Under the pieces are notes generated by a model. It did not search any database and was not told the DNA's origin. It worked only from the letters and a program-made list of their open reading frames with translations. A DNA stretch of 64,000 nucleotides from Octopus vulgaris. Taxonomy: Eukaryota. The position numbers and the translations under genes are program-made. Location: NCBI GenBank assembly GCA_951406725.2, contig OX597814.1, positions 78,554,001-78,618,000 of the forward strand, written 5' to 3'. This document shows, piece after piece, positions 14,126-25,759 of this stretch. The first letter of the stretch is position 1. Each line of letters begins with the position of its first letter.

Positions 14126-14551
14126 CTAGCTGAGCCCGTGCCGTCAAGAACGACGGCTAATTGTAGTATTTTATATAAAGATATGGATAGTAAATCAAAT
14201 TAATACACTTGTCAATGTTCACATACATTAACATATTTCCCTTGTACACGCACGCACGCACACACATACAAACACACAGAGTTGAAACACTGTTTGATTT
14301 TTCTTTTCAGCGTTGAATGTTCACCATCCCACCAGTTTGCCATCACCCCTTCCTTCCTTATTCATCTATCACCCCTCCTTTCTCATTCATATGTTGTGAT
14401 GGAGAAAACCACGAGAGTATTATTATAGTAGATGAGGAATATCTCACGTCGCTGTTGGTAAATACACATATGTGCTGTAAAAGGAATTTTGAATCTAACA
14501 ATCTTGTTGAAAGAGAGTTCAAGAGTAGACTATATTCATCTTTGTTTTAGA
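14126..14551 (-). mobile_element. Non-autonomous Helitron-like element
   Basis: 3' hairpin gccgtc-gttctt-gacggc followed about 10 nt later by CTAG on the minus strand. Candidate 5' end TCTAAAAC at 14551. An internal segment recurs at about 13220-13340. Confidence 0.55.
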
Positions 14552-14619
14552 TATTTAAGTTCAGTATGTTTCATATTTTACATGATTAAGTTTTAATACC
14601 TCATTACTTCATAATTTTT

Positions 14620-14890
14620 GTATTTGGTTTGCAAGATCCTTTATGTGAATTTGCGAAACATATTTTATTGTGCCTGGGGAGAGTCATTCTCTTTTAGTGC
14701 CATATTAATTTAACACTCTCACCGATCTGATTTCCACTCATTTATTTGTTATTTTTTACTAAAATTTTCAATGGGACTTGAAACTTTTTCAATAGTCGAT
14801 GAAATGTAAATGAGTGGAAGTGATTCCAGTGAGTGTGATAAATTAATAAGGCACTAAAAGAGAATGGCTCTCCCCAGACACAATAAAATA
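14620..14890. repeat. Foldback element, same family as 2804-3140
   Basis: ttttattgtgcctggggagagtcattctcttttagtgcc pairs with ggcactaaaagagaatggctctccccagacacaataaaa. Confidence 0.8.
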
Positions 14891-15828
14891 TTATTTCATA
14901 ATATACATTATTAATAAACACACACACACAGCAACTGGCTTGAATTCACAAGAACGTAAACTTAAAGAAAACTCATTAATTCATGCATGCACGCATGCAC
15001 ACACACACACACACACACACAGTGTACTGTTCCATTATTTGTGGGATCCACAAAAATTACTCCATCCCACGAGAGATTAATATCATTTTAAACCTGAAAG
15101 ATAGCTCGATGGTACACAGCACACTATACAAACTTGCCTGATTACTGTACTAACAGAGCATGAAACTTAAAGTAGCTCACATTTAAATCCTGCGTTAAAT
15201 AAATTATATATATATATATATTAACCTAAGAATCCATCTCTAGCTAACAAGAGTAAAGTCATGGGTTTGATTCTTGGTCCAGATGGTGCAGTGTATCGTT
15301 GAGCAAGGCACTCCATATTATAATGCGTTTACATTATTACTTAATACATAATACTATTATGTGTGTTTTAAATGGCTACCTTGACTTTGATATCATTTGG
15401 CATGGTTTCCACAGCTGAATGCCCTCCCTAACATCAACCACACCAGGTGCTTTTACATGCCACCAGCACAGGTGCCATTTATAATACACTGACAATGATC
15501 ACGAATATGATTCACCGGCAGTGACACCAACAATTCATGGGTGCTATATATTTAGTTTTTCTGAAATACAACGAGAACATTAAATCTATGATAAGAACAT
15601 GGTTATTTTGAAATGCAGTCAATGGTAGTGATCAACATTTAAACATGAAATAAATACACAAAGGTATATATATATAAACATGCATATAAATACATATTGA
15701 AAGTAATTGAAATTGAAACCATATAATAGTGAAAGTATTAATAGAGATGTTATTGTTTCACTTTTGACATGTAATACAGTGTAAGAGATATGTATATGAA
15801 TATATGTATATTTATATATATACAAATA

Positions 15829-16235
15829 GGCACAGGTGTGGCTGTGTAGTAAGAAGCTTGCTTGCCAACCACATGGTTCCAGATTGAGTCCCTGAGCAAG
15901 TGTCTTCTGCTACAGCCTTGTGTTGACCAAAGCCATGTCAGTGAAATTAGTTGACAGAAACTGAACGAAGTATGTCCTATATATATATGCATATATATAT
16001 ATATATATATATATATGCATATAAATATATATTATGTGTGCGTATTTGTGTTTGTGTTTGTTACTGCCACCATTACTTAGAAACTACTGTTGGTTACATC
16101 CCTGTAACTTAACGGGTTGGCAGAAAATATGGATAGATTAAGCACCAGGCTTACAGAGAATAAGTCCAGGTGTCGATTTCTTCAACTAAAAGGAGGTGCT
16201 CAAGCATAGTCGCGCTCAAATGACTGAAACAATTA
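15829..16235 (+). mobile_element. tRNA-derived SINE family B with internal microsatellite (copies at about 2433, 12840 and 54757 plus; 30232-30392, 42585-42975 and 56740-57632 minus)
   Basis: Head ggcacaggtgtggctgtgtagtaagaagcttgct..caaccacatggttcc and tail ...atgactgaaac recur throughout the window. Confidence 0.7.
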
Positions 16236-16346
16236 AAAAAAAAAACAAAAAAAAAAAAAACTATGCCATTTTAATCCCGAACAGGACTGCCTATCTCTGC
16301 TAGTGTAAAATGAAAAGGAAAATAAGAACAAATAATATTCACTTAC

Positions 16347-16445
16347 AACATGGAAGATGAAGGCAGTTGAAAGTGTGTACAGAAAAATATCTGCCCAGTG
16401 TATATGAGGGACTGCTTTTTTTTCAACCCCTTTGAAATAGAGTAC
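16347..16445 (-). CDS. TMEM135: TMEM135 exon (99 nt): VLYFKGVEKKAVPHIHWADIFLYTLSTAFIFHV
   Basis: AACAG acceptor and GTAAGT donor, translated by hand. Matches the YFKGIE..VP....AD...Y..STA..F pattern. Too short for the ORF track. Confidence 0.92.
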
Positions 16446-17580
16446 CTGTTAAAAAAGGAAAAACAGGAAAAGATATAAGCTCAACAGCATATCATATCCT
16501 ATTCATACAATATCTTTCTGTTTTGTCAACGGTTTTGTGAAGAAATATAATTTATTCATTTACATCTAAATGGAAACCCGCATGGCACATACTGTATAGT
16601 GCTATGAGTGTGTTTGTATGTACAAATTTGTGATGTTATTTACACGAACACGAAGACACACCATTGAACGAATTAAAGGTAAGGGAAATAACTCATGCTG
16701 AAAAAATCATGGAATTGACAATACAAATATTGGTCTCAAATTTTGGCACAAGGCCAGCAATTTTGAAGGTTAGGCTAAGTCGATTACATCAATCCCAGGG
16801 TTCAACTGGTGCTTATTTTATCAAGTCCGAAAGAATGAAAAGCAAAGATCACCTTAGTGGTATTTGAGTTTAAAACGTAAAGACGGACAAAATGTTACTA
16901 AGCACTTTGCCTGGTGTGATACAGATATTAAGTAACTTATATCATAGACACTTAAGTGGTAAATGGTTTTCAATCGTCTTACATGCTCATTCTGAACTAT
17001 CGTTCTTACAGGCTCTTTCTGACTCACTGGGATCTACATTCATTTTTTTTTTTTACTTGATTTACATAATATTGGTTTCAAATTTTGGCACACGACCAGC
17101 AGTTTCATGGGAGGGGTAAATCAATTACATCGACTCCAGTGGTCAACTAATACTTAGTTTACTGACACTGGACGGATGAAAGTCAAAGTCAACTTGGCGG
17201 AATTTGAACTCAGAATTCAAAGAGCTGGACAAAATACCACTAAGCGTTTTGCCCAGTGTGCTAATGATTTTGCCAGCTCACTGTCCTACCTAGTTTCCAT
17301 AATGTTAACTAAAGTAGAGACAAGACTTCTCCTGGACAGTATGCTAGTGTATTAAAGAGAAACAGTTTGATGAAGTCAGCAGAGCAAGTAATAAATCACT
17401 ATTCATGAATTCCACAGTATTGACATTGGTTATAGAAGTGAATTTCAACACTGTTGTTAAAATTGTATAGAGATATGTTACTTGTAAGAAGTTTATTTTG
17501 CAATTATGAAGGCCTAGGTTCAGTTCTAATAATGTGGCATCTTGGAAAAATATCTTTTAGCAAAGTCTATCTATCTATCT

Positions 17581-17993
17581 ATTTTGTCTTTGGTCAGTAA
17601 GTGTTATTTCCTATTTCCTTCTCTCTAGAAATCAAGGGAAATGTCTACTATTCCCTTTAAACTTTGCTTTTGTGATCTGGACATCAATGTTTTGAAACTG
17701 ACCTATTTTCCATTACATTTCAGACAGATTCAATGCTGAGTTGCTAAGCAAAATTTTCTAGAACTTTCTAGAAGTTTCAAGAACTTTCTAAAAGTTTCAA
17801 GAATTTCTAGAGCGTTCTGGAAAACATAGCAGTATAAACACAGAGATTGTAAGCTCAACAGTTCAGCTTACTTCTAGCTGTCCAAGTGGAGACAAGTCTG
17901 AGGAAAGCAAAGCTTGGCAGAAATATTAGCCATTTTTCAAACATTCTAGAAGTAAGCAAATAAGAAATAACAGTTGCTACCCAAGGACAAAAA
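17581..17993. mobile_element. MITE with imperfect ~35-50 bp TIRs and an internal 10-bp tandem repeat (tttctagaac)
   Basis: ttttgtctttggtcagtaagtgttatttcctattt pairs imperfectly with aaataagaaataacagttgctacccaaggacaaaa. Confidence 0.65.
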
Positions 17994-18068
17994 TTGTGTT
18001 ACACAGTGTAATTAGTATGATCAGCATTTCTGCTGTAATTATGATATATAGTAAATAATAAATATTAC

Positions 18069-18209
18069 CTGAAGTAGCTTCATAGCTGAATAAAGTGCCA
18101 AAGTAGAACTTTTGTAACACAGCATGGACCAACCAGCTAAAAACCCTGCCACAAACCCATTTACACTGCTATCTTTTTGTCGAAGCCACCGCAAGGCACA
18201 GTTTGAACC
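18069..18209 (-). CDS. TMEM135: TMEM135 exon (141 nt): GSNCALRWLRQKDSSVNGFVAGFLAGWSMLCYKSSTLALYSAMKLLQ
   Basis: TTTCAG acceptor and GTAATA donor. CxLRWxR and AGFLAGxSM motifs (Tim17/Tim22/Tim23/PMP24-like fold of TMEM135). Confidence 0.93.
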
Positions 18210-18520
18210 CTGAAAAAGTAAAAAGGAAAAATAAAAAATAAACATAGAATAAATAAAAATCATTGTCTTTTCATAGATTGTTTACAGAATGATTTCTTGA
18301 AATATCTCTCAAAAACAAGACTGTAGCCTTTAGCCTTTAATCAGTATTTGATTAACCTTTGAACATAATCTACACAAAACAATATTGAGAACCCAAAATT
18401 ATGCTAAGTAAAGAAAGAAAGAAATAGTAATATTTGCCCAAATTTGTCATAGCAATCTGATCAAATAATTCTTTTTATTATAATTATTATTTTTATTACT
18501 ATTATTACAGTTATTGTTAA

Positions 18521-19700
18521 GGCAGCAAACTGGCAGAATCGTTAGCATACCTGGCAAAATGCTTAGCAGCATTTTGTCCATCTTTATGTTCTGAGTTCAA
18601 ATTCTGCCGAGGTTAACTTTATCTTTCATCCTTTTGGGGTCCAAAACTTAAGTACCAGTGAAACACTGGGAACAATGTAATTGACTAGTCCCCTCTCACA
18701 AAATTTCAGGCCTTATGCCTTTAGTTGAAAGGGTTATTATTATTATTGTTAAGGTGGTGACCTAGCAGAATTGCTAGCATGCTGGATGAATTGCTTAGTG
18801 ATATTTCACCTGTGGCTATGTTCTGAGTTCAAATTCTGCCACGGTCAACTTTGCCTTTCATCCTTTCAGGGTTGATAAATTAAGTACCAGTTAAACACTG
18901 GGGTTGATGTAATTGACTAATACTCTCCCCCAAAATTTCAGGCCTCATGCTATTAATAGAAAGGATTATTATTATTGTTATTGTTAAGGCAGCGAGCTAG
19001 CAGAATTGCCGGACAAAATGCTTAGTGGCGTTTCATCTGTCTTCATGTTCTGAGTTCAAATTCCACCAATGTCAACTTTGCCTTTCATCCTTTCAGGGTC
19101 AATAAATTAAGTACCAGTTTAAACACTGGGGTCAATGTTATTAACTAGTCTCCTCCTCCAAATTTCAGGCCATGTGCCTGTAGTAGAAAGGATTATTATT
19201 GTTGTTGTTAAGGCAGTGAACTGACAGAGTTGTTAGAATGCCAGTTGAGCACTAGAATCAATGTAATTGACTAAATCCCTTCCCTGCAAATTTCAGGCCT
19301 AGTGGCTGTAGATGAAAAAAATTGTTATTATTATTATTATTATCAAAGTGGTGAGCTGGCAGAATTGTTAGTATTCTGGGTAAAATGCTTAGTGAGATTT
19401 CGTCTGTCTTTACATTCTGAGTTCAAATTCTGCTGAGGTCATCTTTGCCTTTCATCCTTTCGGGGTTGATAAAATAAGTATCATTTGGATAGCAGAGTCA
19501 ATGTAATTGACTTACCCTCTCACTGGAATTGTTGGTCTTGTGCCAAAATTTGAAATGATCATTATTATTACAGTTATCATTAAGAAGGCGGTGAGCTAGC
19601 AGAATCATTAGCATGCCAGGCAAAATGCTTAGCAGTCCATCTTTACATTCTGAGTTCAAATTCCGTTGAGGATGACAGTGTCTTTCATCCTTTCAGGGAT
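18521..19700 (+). mobile_element. Head-to-tail array of six SINE family C copies (CORE-like central domain)
   Basis: Starts at about 18521, 18753, 18988, 19212, 19347 and 19587. Each has ggcggtgagctggcagaa, B box gagttcaaattc and gcctttcatcctttcggggtcgataaa..aagtacc. Copies are separated by (TTA)n. Confidence 0.8.
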
Positions 19701-20197
19701 GATGATTTGATGATACTTTGCTGCCTTCAGTGGTGATGACTTTGTTGAAAGCATTTGTATCACACCTCTAGTCACAGAATAAATTTCTCTCTGCATTTGT
19801 CCTGTTTAAAAAGCTCTGAAAATGTTATAAATATTGCCCTACCTCTTCCAACTACCCCACTAAAAAGGATCCCACCAAAAAACCAAAATAAAACCCCAGA
19901 ACTATGTAGCTTTAACCTATGTCAGACAAGCTAACATTGATCCCTTGGACAATGATGGTCAACTAGAACTCACAATGAAATCTTCCTTCAGACATGAAAC
20001 CCTATTGTCTGAAAATTAGAATGTCATATTGAAAAAGTTTTAGTCAAATAAATCAATTCCAGTATTTATTTTTTGTTTTTTTTTAGCCTGGTAATTATTC
20101 TATAGAGTCTCTTTTGCTGAACCACTAAATTATGGGGATGTAAACACACTAACACCAGTTGTCAAGTGGTGGTGGGGAACAGAGATACACATACACA

Positions 20198-21096
20198 TTG
20201 GGTCATCCAATAAGTAATGCGGTTTTTTTCAATTGCATGAACTATAAGTCGGAGGGGGATGGGATAAACTACCTGCATCAACTTGCTATAAAAGCAAGTA
20301 GTAATTTTATCTTAGTGCAAGTTTTGAAGAGTGCAGTTCGATTTTAACAGTTATTTTTTTCAAAGTTATAATGGAAGTGAGAAAGGAGCATATTCGGTAT
20401 ATTTTGCTTTATGAGTTCAATAAAGGCAACAAAGTGTGAAGAATTTTAATGCAGTACATAGGGATCACATAATAAGTGTAAATCAGTGTCAACAGCGGTT
20501 TCAGAAATTCTGAGCCAGAAATACAGCCTAGAAAATGAGCCTCGTCTTGGAGGATCTGTAGAGCTTGACGAGGATGTCCTGTGAACCCGGGTTGAACAAA
20601 ATCCCATCATAACTGCTGAAAAACTAGCAGAGAAGCTTGAATTTGGTCCTCCAACCATTCATCAACACCTGTGCTAGAATAAAAACAATCATCTTTGGAT
20701 TCAAGACGAAAGGTGTTCTTTTATCGAGATAATGCTTGGTCATATACATCAAGGATGACATTCAAAAGGCTGGAGCAGTTTGAATGGAAAATGATGCTCC
20801 ACCCACCATATTTGCCAGACATTGCCCCATCTGATTATCATTTATTCTGCAGTCTTCAAAATCATTTGGATGGAAAAAATATGAATTCTGTAGACGAGAT
20901 CAGATTAGTAGTGGAGGAGTATTTTTTGTCACGGACAAGTGAAATTTGGTAGAGGGGCCTTGCAAGTCTACAAGACAGATGGAAGAGCACTGAAGAAAAT
21001 GAAGGAGAATATATTTTAGATTAAAAATGAACTTCATCTTAATTTTGAAAAATAAAAGAAGTATAGAAAAACTGTATTATTTATGGGATGATCCAA
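20198..21096 (+). mobile_element. Internally deleted, decayed mariner (Tc1/mariner) transposon
   Basis: TIRs TTGGGTCATCCAATAAGTAATGCGG and ACTGTATTATTTATGGGATGATCCAA, followed by TA. N-terminal MEVRKEHIRYILLYEF and C-terminal DNA...HPPYLPDIAPSDYHLF transposase motifs, with stops. Confidence 0.9.
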
Positions 21097-22102
21097 TATA
21101 TATATATGCAATAGGCTTCTTAAGTAGAAGTCACTTGTCCAAGGTGCTATGCAGTGGGACTGAACTTGGAACTATGTGATTGGCAAGCAAACTTCTTACC
21201 ACACAAGCATGCCTATGCCTACACACACATGCACACGCACACGCACACACACACAATGGGCTTCTTTTTAGTTTCCATCTGGTTATATCTAATTTTATTA
21301 AACTGCATCTGCAAACTCAATTGTACCAAATTTAGGGTTAGAAAAATGTCTAAGTAAAATTTTAAAATAAATATATAAATATTGCTTGAAGTTGCAAAGT
21401 ATTTAATTTACAATATGATCATTGTACTCATTAAGTGTCTAATCTGAATTTGTACTTAATTTGTCATAATTATAAAAAGCAGTGTGAAGGTTAGTAGCAA
21501 AAAAAAGAAAAGAAAAAAAACTGATGAATAATATTGGCTTCAAATTTTGGCACAAGGTCAACAATTTTGGGAAGGGGTTGAGTTGATTACATTGACCCAA
21601 GTGTTCAACTGATACTTATTTTATCAACCCCAAAAATGATGAAAGGCAAAGTTGACCTTGGAATTTGAACTGAGAATGTAAAGATGAATGAAATGCCACT
21701 AAGAATTTTGCTTAGCATGCTAACAATTCTGCCAGCTCACCATCTTGATGAATACAAGATATTGATTTCAAATTTTGGAAGGCCAGCAATATGAGGGGAG
21801 AGAATAAGTTTACGTCAACCCCAGTTTTCAACTGGTACTTATTTTATTAATCCTGAAAGGACGAAAAGCAAAGTCGACCTCAGAAGAATTTGAACTCAGA
21901 ACATAAATGTGGATGAAATGCTGCTAAGCATTTTACCTGGCATGCAAGCAATTCTGCTAGCCCACTACCTTGATGAATATAAAATATTAAAAGCAAAAAG
22001 AAAAAGTACAAAAACACAATTTTAAAATATTAGATAAAATTATTTTTAAATTTATCAAAAAATATTTCAATACAAACAGATGCAAAAACAAAATGGACTT
22101 AC

Positions 22103-22270
22103 TCGAAAAACAGTAGAAAATAATCCTAGAAAAGCACCAAGTTTGAGATTATTTTGATGCCAGATAAGCTGTAAAAATAGAGTTGGTTTTCGCAATATTC
22201 GAATCACATTTGGAACTAATTTGACTGCTATTTGTAATCCAAAGCCGACTCCAGCCATTTTGGAGAATCC
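22103..22270 (-). CDS. TMEM135: TMEM135 exon (168 nt): GFSKMAGVGFGLQIAVKLVP...NLKLGAFLGLFSTVFR
   Basis: TTTAG acceptor, GTAAGT donor, phase 0/0. NLxLGAFLG motif of TMEM135. Confidence 0.92.
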
Positions 22271-22678
22271 CTAAAGATAAAAAAATCCAACAATAAAGTA
22301 AAAATAAAAAATATTGAAAAAGAGGTTGATTTCTTTTTGTCATTTTGTCAAAATTGTTTTTATTCAGTTGTTGAACCTTGGAAAACTCCAAATTGATACT
22401 TATCTTAATAACCTCATGAGATACAAAGCTGGTCATAACTAACACAAAACAAAATAACACAAGGTATTTTTGTTCAATACAATCTTTTCCTATACGTATA
22501 CATGTTTGTCTGTCTATTTCTCTCTCTCTATATATATACATATATATATATAAGAATAATCGCTGCCGCTGGTCAGCTCCATGAGGCCACCGCCTTAAGA
22601 TAGCTATTGATACACGATCTGTATCCATTATAACCTTCGAACAAGGGAGGTCAGCCGCTTCACTCTGCCAGTCCGACA

Positions 22679-22720
22679 GCTACAGACGCGTTTCGGGGTA
22701 TTGCCCCTTGTCAATGTAGC
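22679..22720 (-). ncRNA. Minimal type I hammerhead ribozyme motif, U3A8 (tandem copy 1)
   Basis: Exact reverse complement of 23348-23389. Confidence 0.85.
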
Positions 22721-23040
22721 GCAGTCAGACTGCAGGTGTCGCCACTGACGTCTCTGTTCGAAGGTTTATATTTACCTAGTTTCAGTGGAATACATCCACT
22801 TGTTTTCAATAATAGAAATATTAAAATTACTAAGTCTCTATAAAAGAGATTACGGCAGCGTTTACTGGAAATTAATTGTTATCGCCATATTAATATGGCA
22901 TTCTTATAGATATAAGAATAATCGCTGCCGCTGGTCAGCTCCATGAGGCCACCGCCTTAAGATAGCTATTGATACACGATCTGTATCCATTATAACCTTC
23001 GAACAAGGGAGGTCAGCCGCTTCACACTGCCAGTCCGACA

Positions 23041-23082
23041 GCTACAGACGCGTTTCGGGGTATTGCCCCTTGTCAATGTAGC
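23041..23082 (-). ncRNA. Minimal type I hammerhead ribozyme motif, U3A8 (tandem copy 2)
   Basis: Identical to copy 1 and 362 nt away from it. Confidence 0.85.
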
Positions 23083-23347
23083 GCAGTCAGACCGCAGGTG
23101 TCGCCACTGACGTCTCTGTTTGAAGGTTTATATTTACCTAGTTTCAGTGGAATACATCCACTTGTTTTCAATAATAGAAATATTAAAATTACTAAGTCTC
23201 TATAAAAGAGATTACGGCAGCGTTTACTGGAGACTTAGTAATTTTAATATTTCTATTATTGAAAACAAGTGGATGTATTCCACTGAAACTAGGTAAATAT
23301 AAACCTTCAAACAGAGACGTCAGTGGCGACACCTGCAGTCTGACTGC

Positions 23348-23389
23348 GCTACATTGACAAGGGGCAATACCCCGAAACGCGTCTGTAGC
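23348..23389 (+). ncRNA. Minimal type I hammerhead ribozyme motif, U3A8 core variant
   Basis: GCTACA-TTGACAA-GGGG caata CCCC-GAAA-CGCG-TC-TGTAGC. Perfect 6-bp stem I, 4-bp stem II, palindromic stem III (ACGCGT) and a GUC cleavage triplet. Confidence 0.85.
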
Positions 23390-23699
23390 TGTCGGACTGG
23401 CAGTGTGAAGCGGCTGACCTCCCTTGTTCGAAGGTTATAATGGATATAGATCGTGTATCAATAGCTATCTTAAGGTGGTGGCCTCATGGAGCTGACCAGC
23501 GGCAGCGATTATTCTTATATCTATAAGAATGCCATATTAATATGGCGATAACAATTAATTTATATATATATAAAAATACAAAAATGGGACAGGAACGCAA
23601 AACATCCGGGCAGTTAGGTGATACAAAAAAAGGGACAACAAAACATCCAGACAGACGATACAAAGAAAACAAGGACGGGTCATTTTGAGTTTTCTTTCC

Positions 23700-23733
<34 letters not shown>

Positions 23734-23887
23734 TAAACATACTTGTACATAAGTGCACGTATGGCTGTGTGGTTGAGAAGTTAGCTTCCAAACAATGTGG
23801 ATTTTGGGATCAGTCAGTACCTTGGCCAAGGGTCTTCTACTATAGCACCAAGATGACCAAGTAATGATAGATGGAAACCTGAAAGAA

Positions 23888-23934
<47 letters not shown>

Positions 23935-25186
23935 CACAAGATAGATACATATATAGATAAATTGATACACAGTTATTTAAATAGAAGTGTAAGGAGTAGC
24001 ATTGATTGAAATGTAGGTGTTCACAACAATTATAATGGCACAACCTAGTAAGAACAGCTATTCTTGAATTTGAACAATTGCTGAAATCTGTAAAGCTTTA
24101 TCAAGCTGGAATTAATTGATTAGAAACACAAGCAGCAGAGTTAATTGAAATATAGGTGGGTACTGCCACTTATCACCTCCATTGTCCTGAGCTATTTATT
24201 TTACCTTCTTCCCCAAACTGATGTTTACCATTGACCACATTTCCACCCTTGATCATCACTCACAGAAGGTGCATGGTTCAGTGGTTAGAACATCAGACTC
24301 ACAATCATAAAGTAGTCAGTTTGATTCCTGGACCAGACTGTGTGTTGTGTCCTTGAGCAAGACACAATACGTTGCTCCAGTTCACTCATCTGCAGAAATG
24401 AGTTGCAACATCACTGGTGCCAAGCTGTATCAGCCTCTGCCTTTCCTTTGCATAACATCAATGGCATGAAGAGGAGAGGCTGGTATGCATGGGCGACTGC
24501 TGGTCATCCACAAACAACCATGAGAGCAGGTCACAAGCAACCTTGCCTGGACATGTGCTTTGGAGGGGAACTTTCCAGGTGAAATCCCATGGTCATTCAT
24601 GATTGAAGGGAGTCTTTTTATCATTCATAATATTCACCTTTACCTCCATCTCTAACCATTTGTCACTCTTCTCTCACACTCTTATGAATTTATCCATCCA
24701 CTCCTCTAAATCCTTGGTCTATATTCTCTCTCTCTCTCTTTCTCTCTCCCTCTCCCCACTTCTCTCTCAGTCTGTCTGTCTCACTCTTTCTGTCATGCAT
24801 GTACATATGTGTGTATTTTCCATTGATACTATTGAACAGGAGAAGTACTCAATACAACAGTAGAATGCATCAGCTTATTTAGGACTTGTTTCTCTAGAGT
24901 CTCCCGGATGTATAGCTGGATACATAGACAATCCTCCTTTGTTTCAAGAGGCTAGAGATGAGGAAACCTTAGTGTAACAGACCAATGGATAAACCCGAAT
25001 AAATTGCACATGCACATGTTGTCTAAGAAAATAGACACTTGTATATTTGTTAATAGAGTGGGTATATTGATCAAAGGATATAGTATTAAAATAGACCCAT
25101 GACACTCAATATTACCAATCGATGTATTACGGAGATGTACTTGCATAGCAAGTGACCTGATCTGAGATCGGATGCTGGAATGAAAA

Positions 25187-25458
25187 CAATTGCAGCATGG
25201 CAGGTGTTTATAAGCCATTTAAAAAACACACATTAGATTCACTTCAACATTTAAATTTTATTTGTCAAAATATTTTCACCTCTTTGAGACTGCGACCTGT
25301 TCACTGACAGAATTCTGTGCTGCACGGAATTTTGTCAGTGAACAGGTCACAGTCTCAAAGCTATGAAAATATTTTGACAAATTAAATTTAAATGTTGAAG
25401 AGAATCTAACGGTTTTTGTGTGTTTCTTAGATGGTTTATAAACACCTTTCACACTGCA

Positions 25459-25461
<3 letters not shown>
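25187..25461. repeat. Foldback element with G3C8 hammerhead-like motifs in both arms (25261-25309 minus, 25331-25381 plus); single arm also at 12248-12385
   Basis: aggtgtttataagccattt...tttgtcaaaatattttc...cctgttcactgaca pairs with tgtcagtgaacagg...gaaaatattttgacaaa...atggtttataaacacct. Confidence 0.85.
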
Positions 25462-25549
<88 letters not shown>

Positions 25550-25554
25550 AGTAA

Positions 25555-25594
<40 letters not shown>

Positions 25595-25645
25595 CATATA
25601 TATATATACCTATATATATACATATTTATTACTTATATATATATA

Positions 25646-25742
<97 letters not shown>

Positions 25743-25759
25743 CATACATACATATAAAT

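Larger units (their letters stand above)
22549..23561. mobile_element. Penelope pLTR / retrozyme-like element: about 1.9 tandem copies of a 362-bp unit plus an inverted ~330-bp copy
   Basis: 22561 aligns to 22923 (period 362). 23230-23561 is the reverse complement of 22869-23200. Only a few substitutions. Flanked by (TA)n. Confidence 0.85.

Noticed and set aside
18521-19700. Regularly spaced repeats resembling a CRISPR array
   Set aside because: The units are ~235-bp SINEs with microsatellite linkers in eukaryotic DNA. There are no short repeats with unique spacers and no cas genes.
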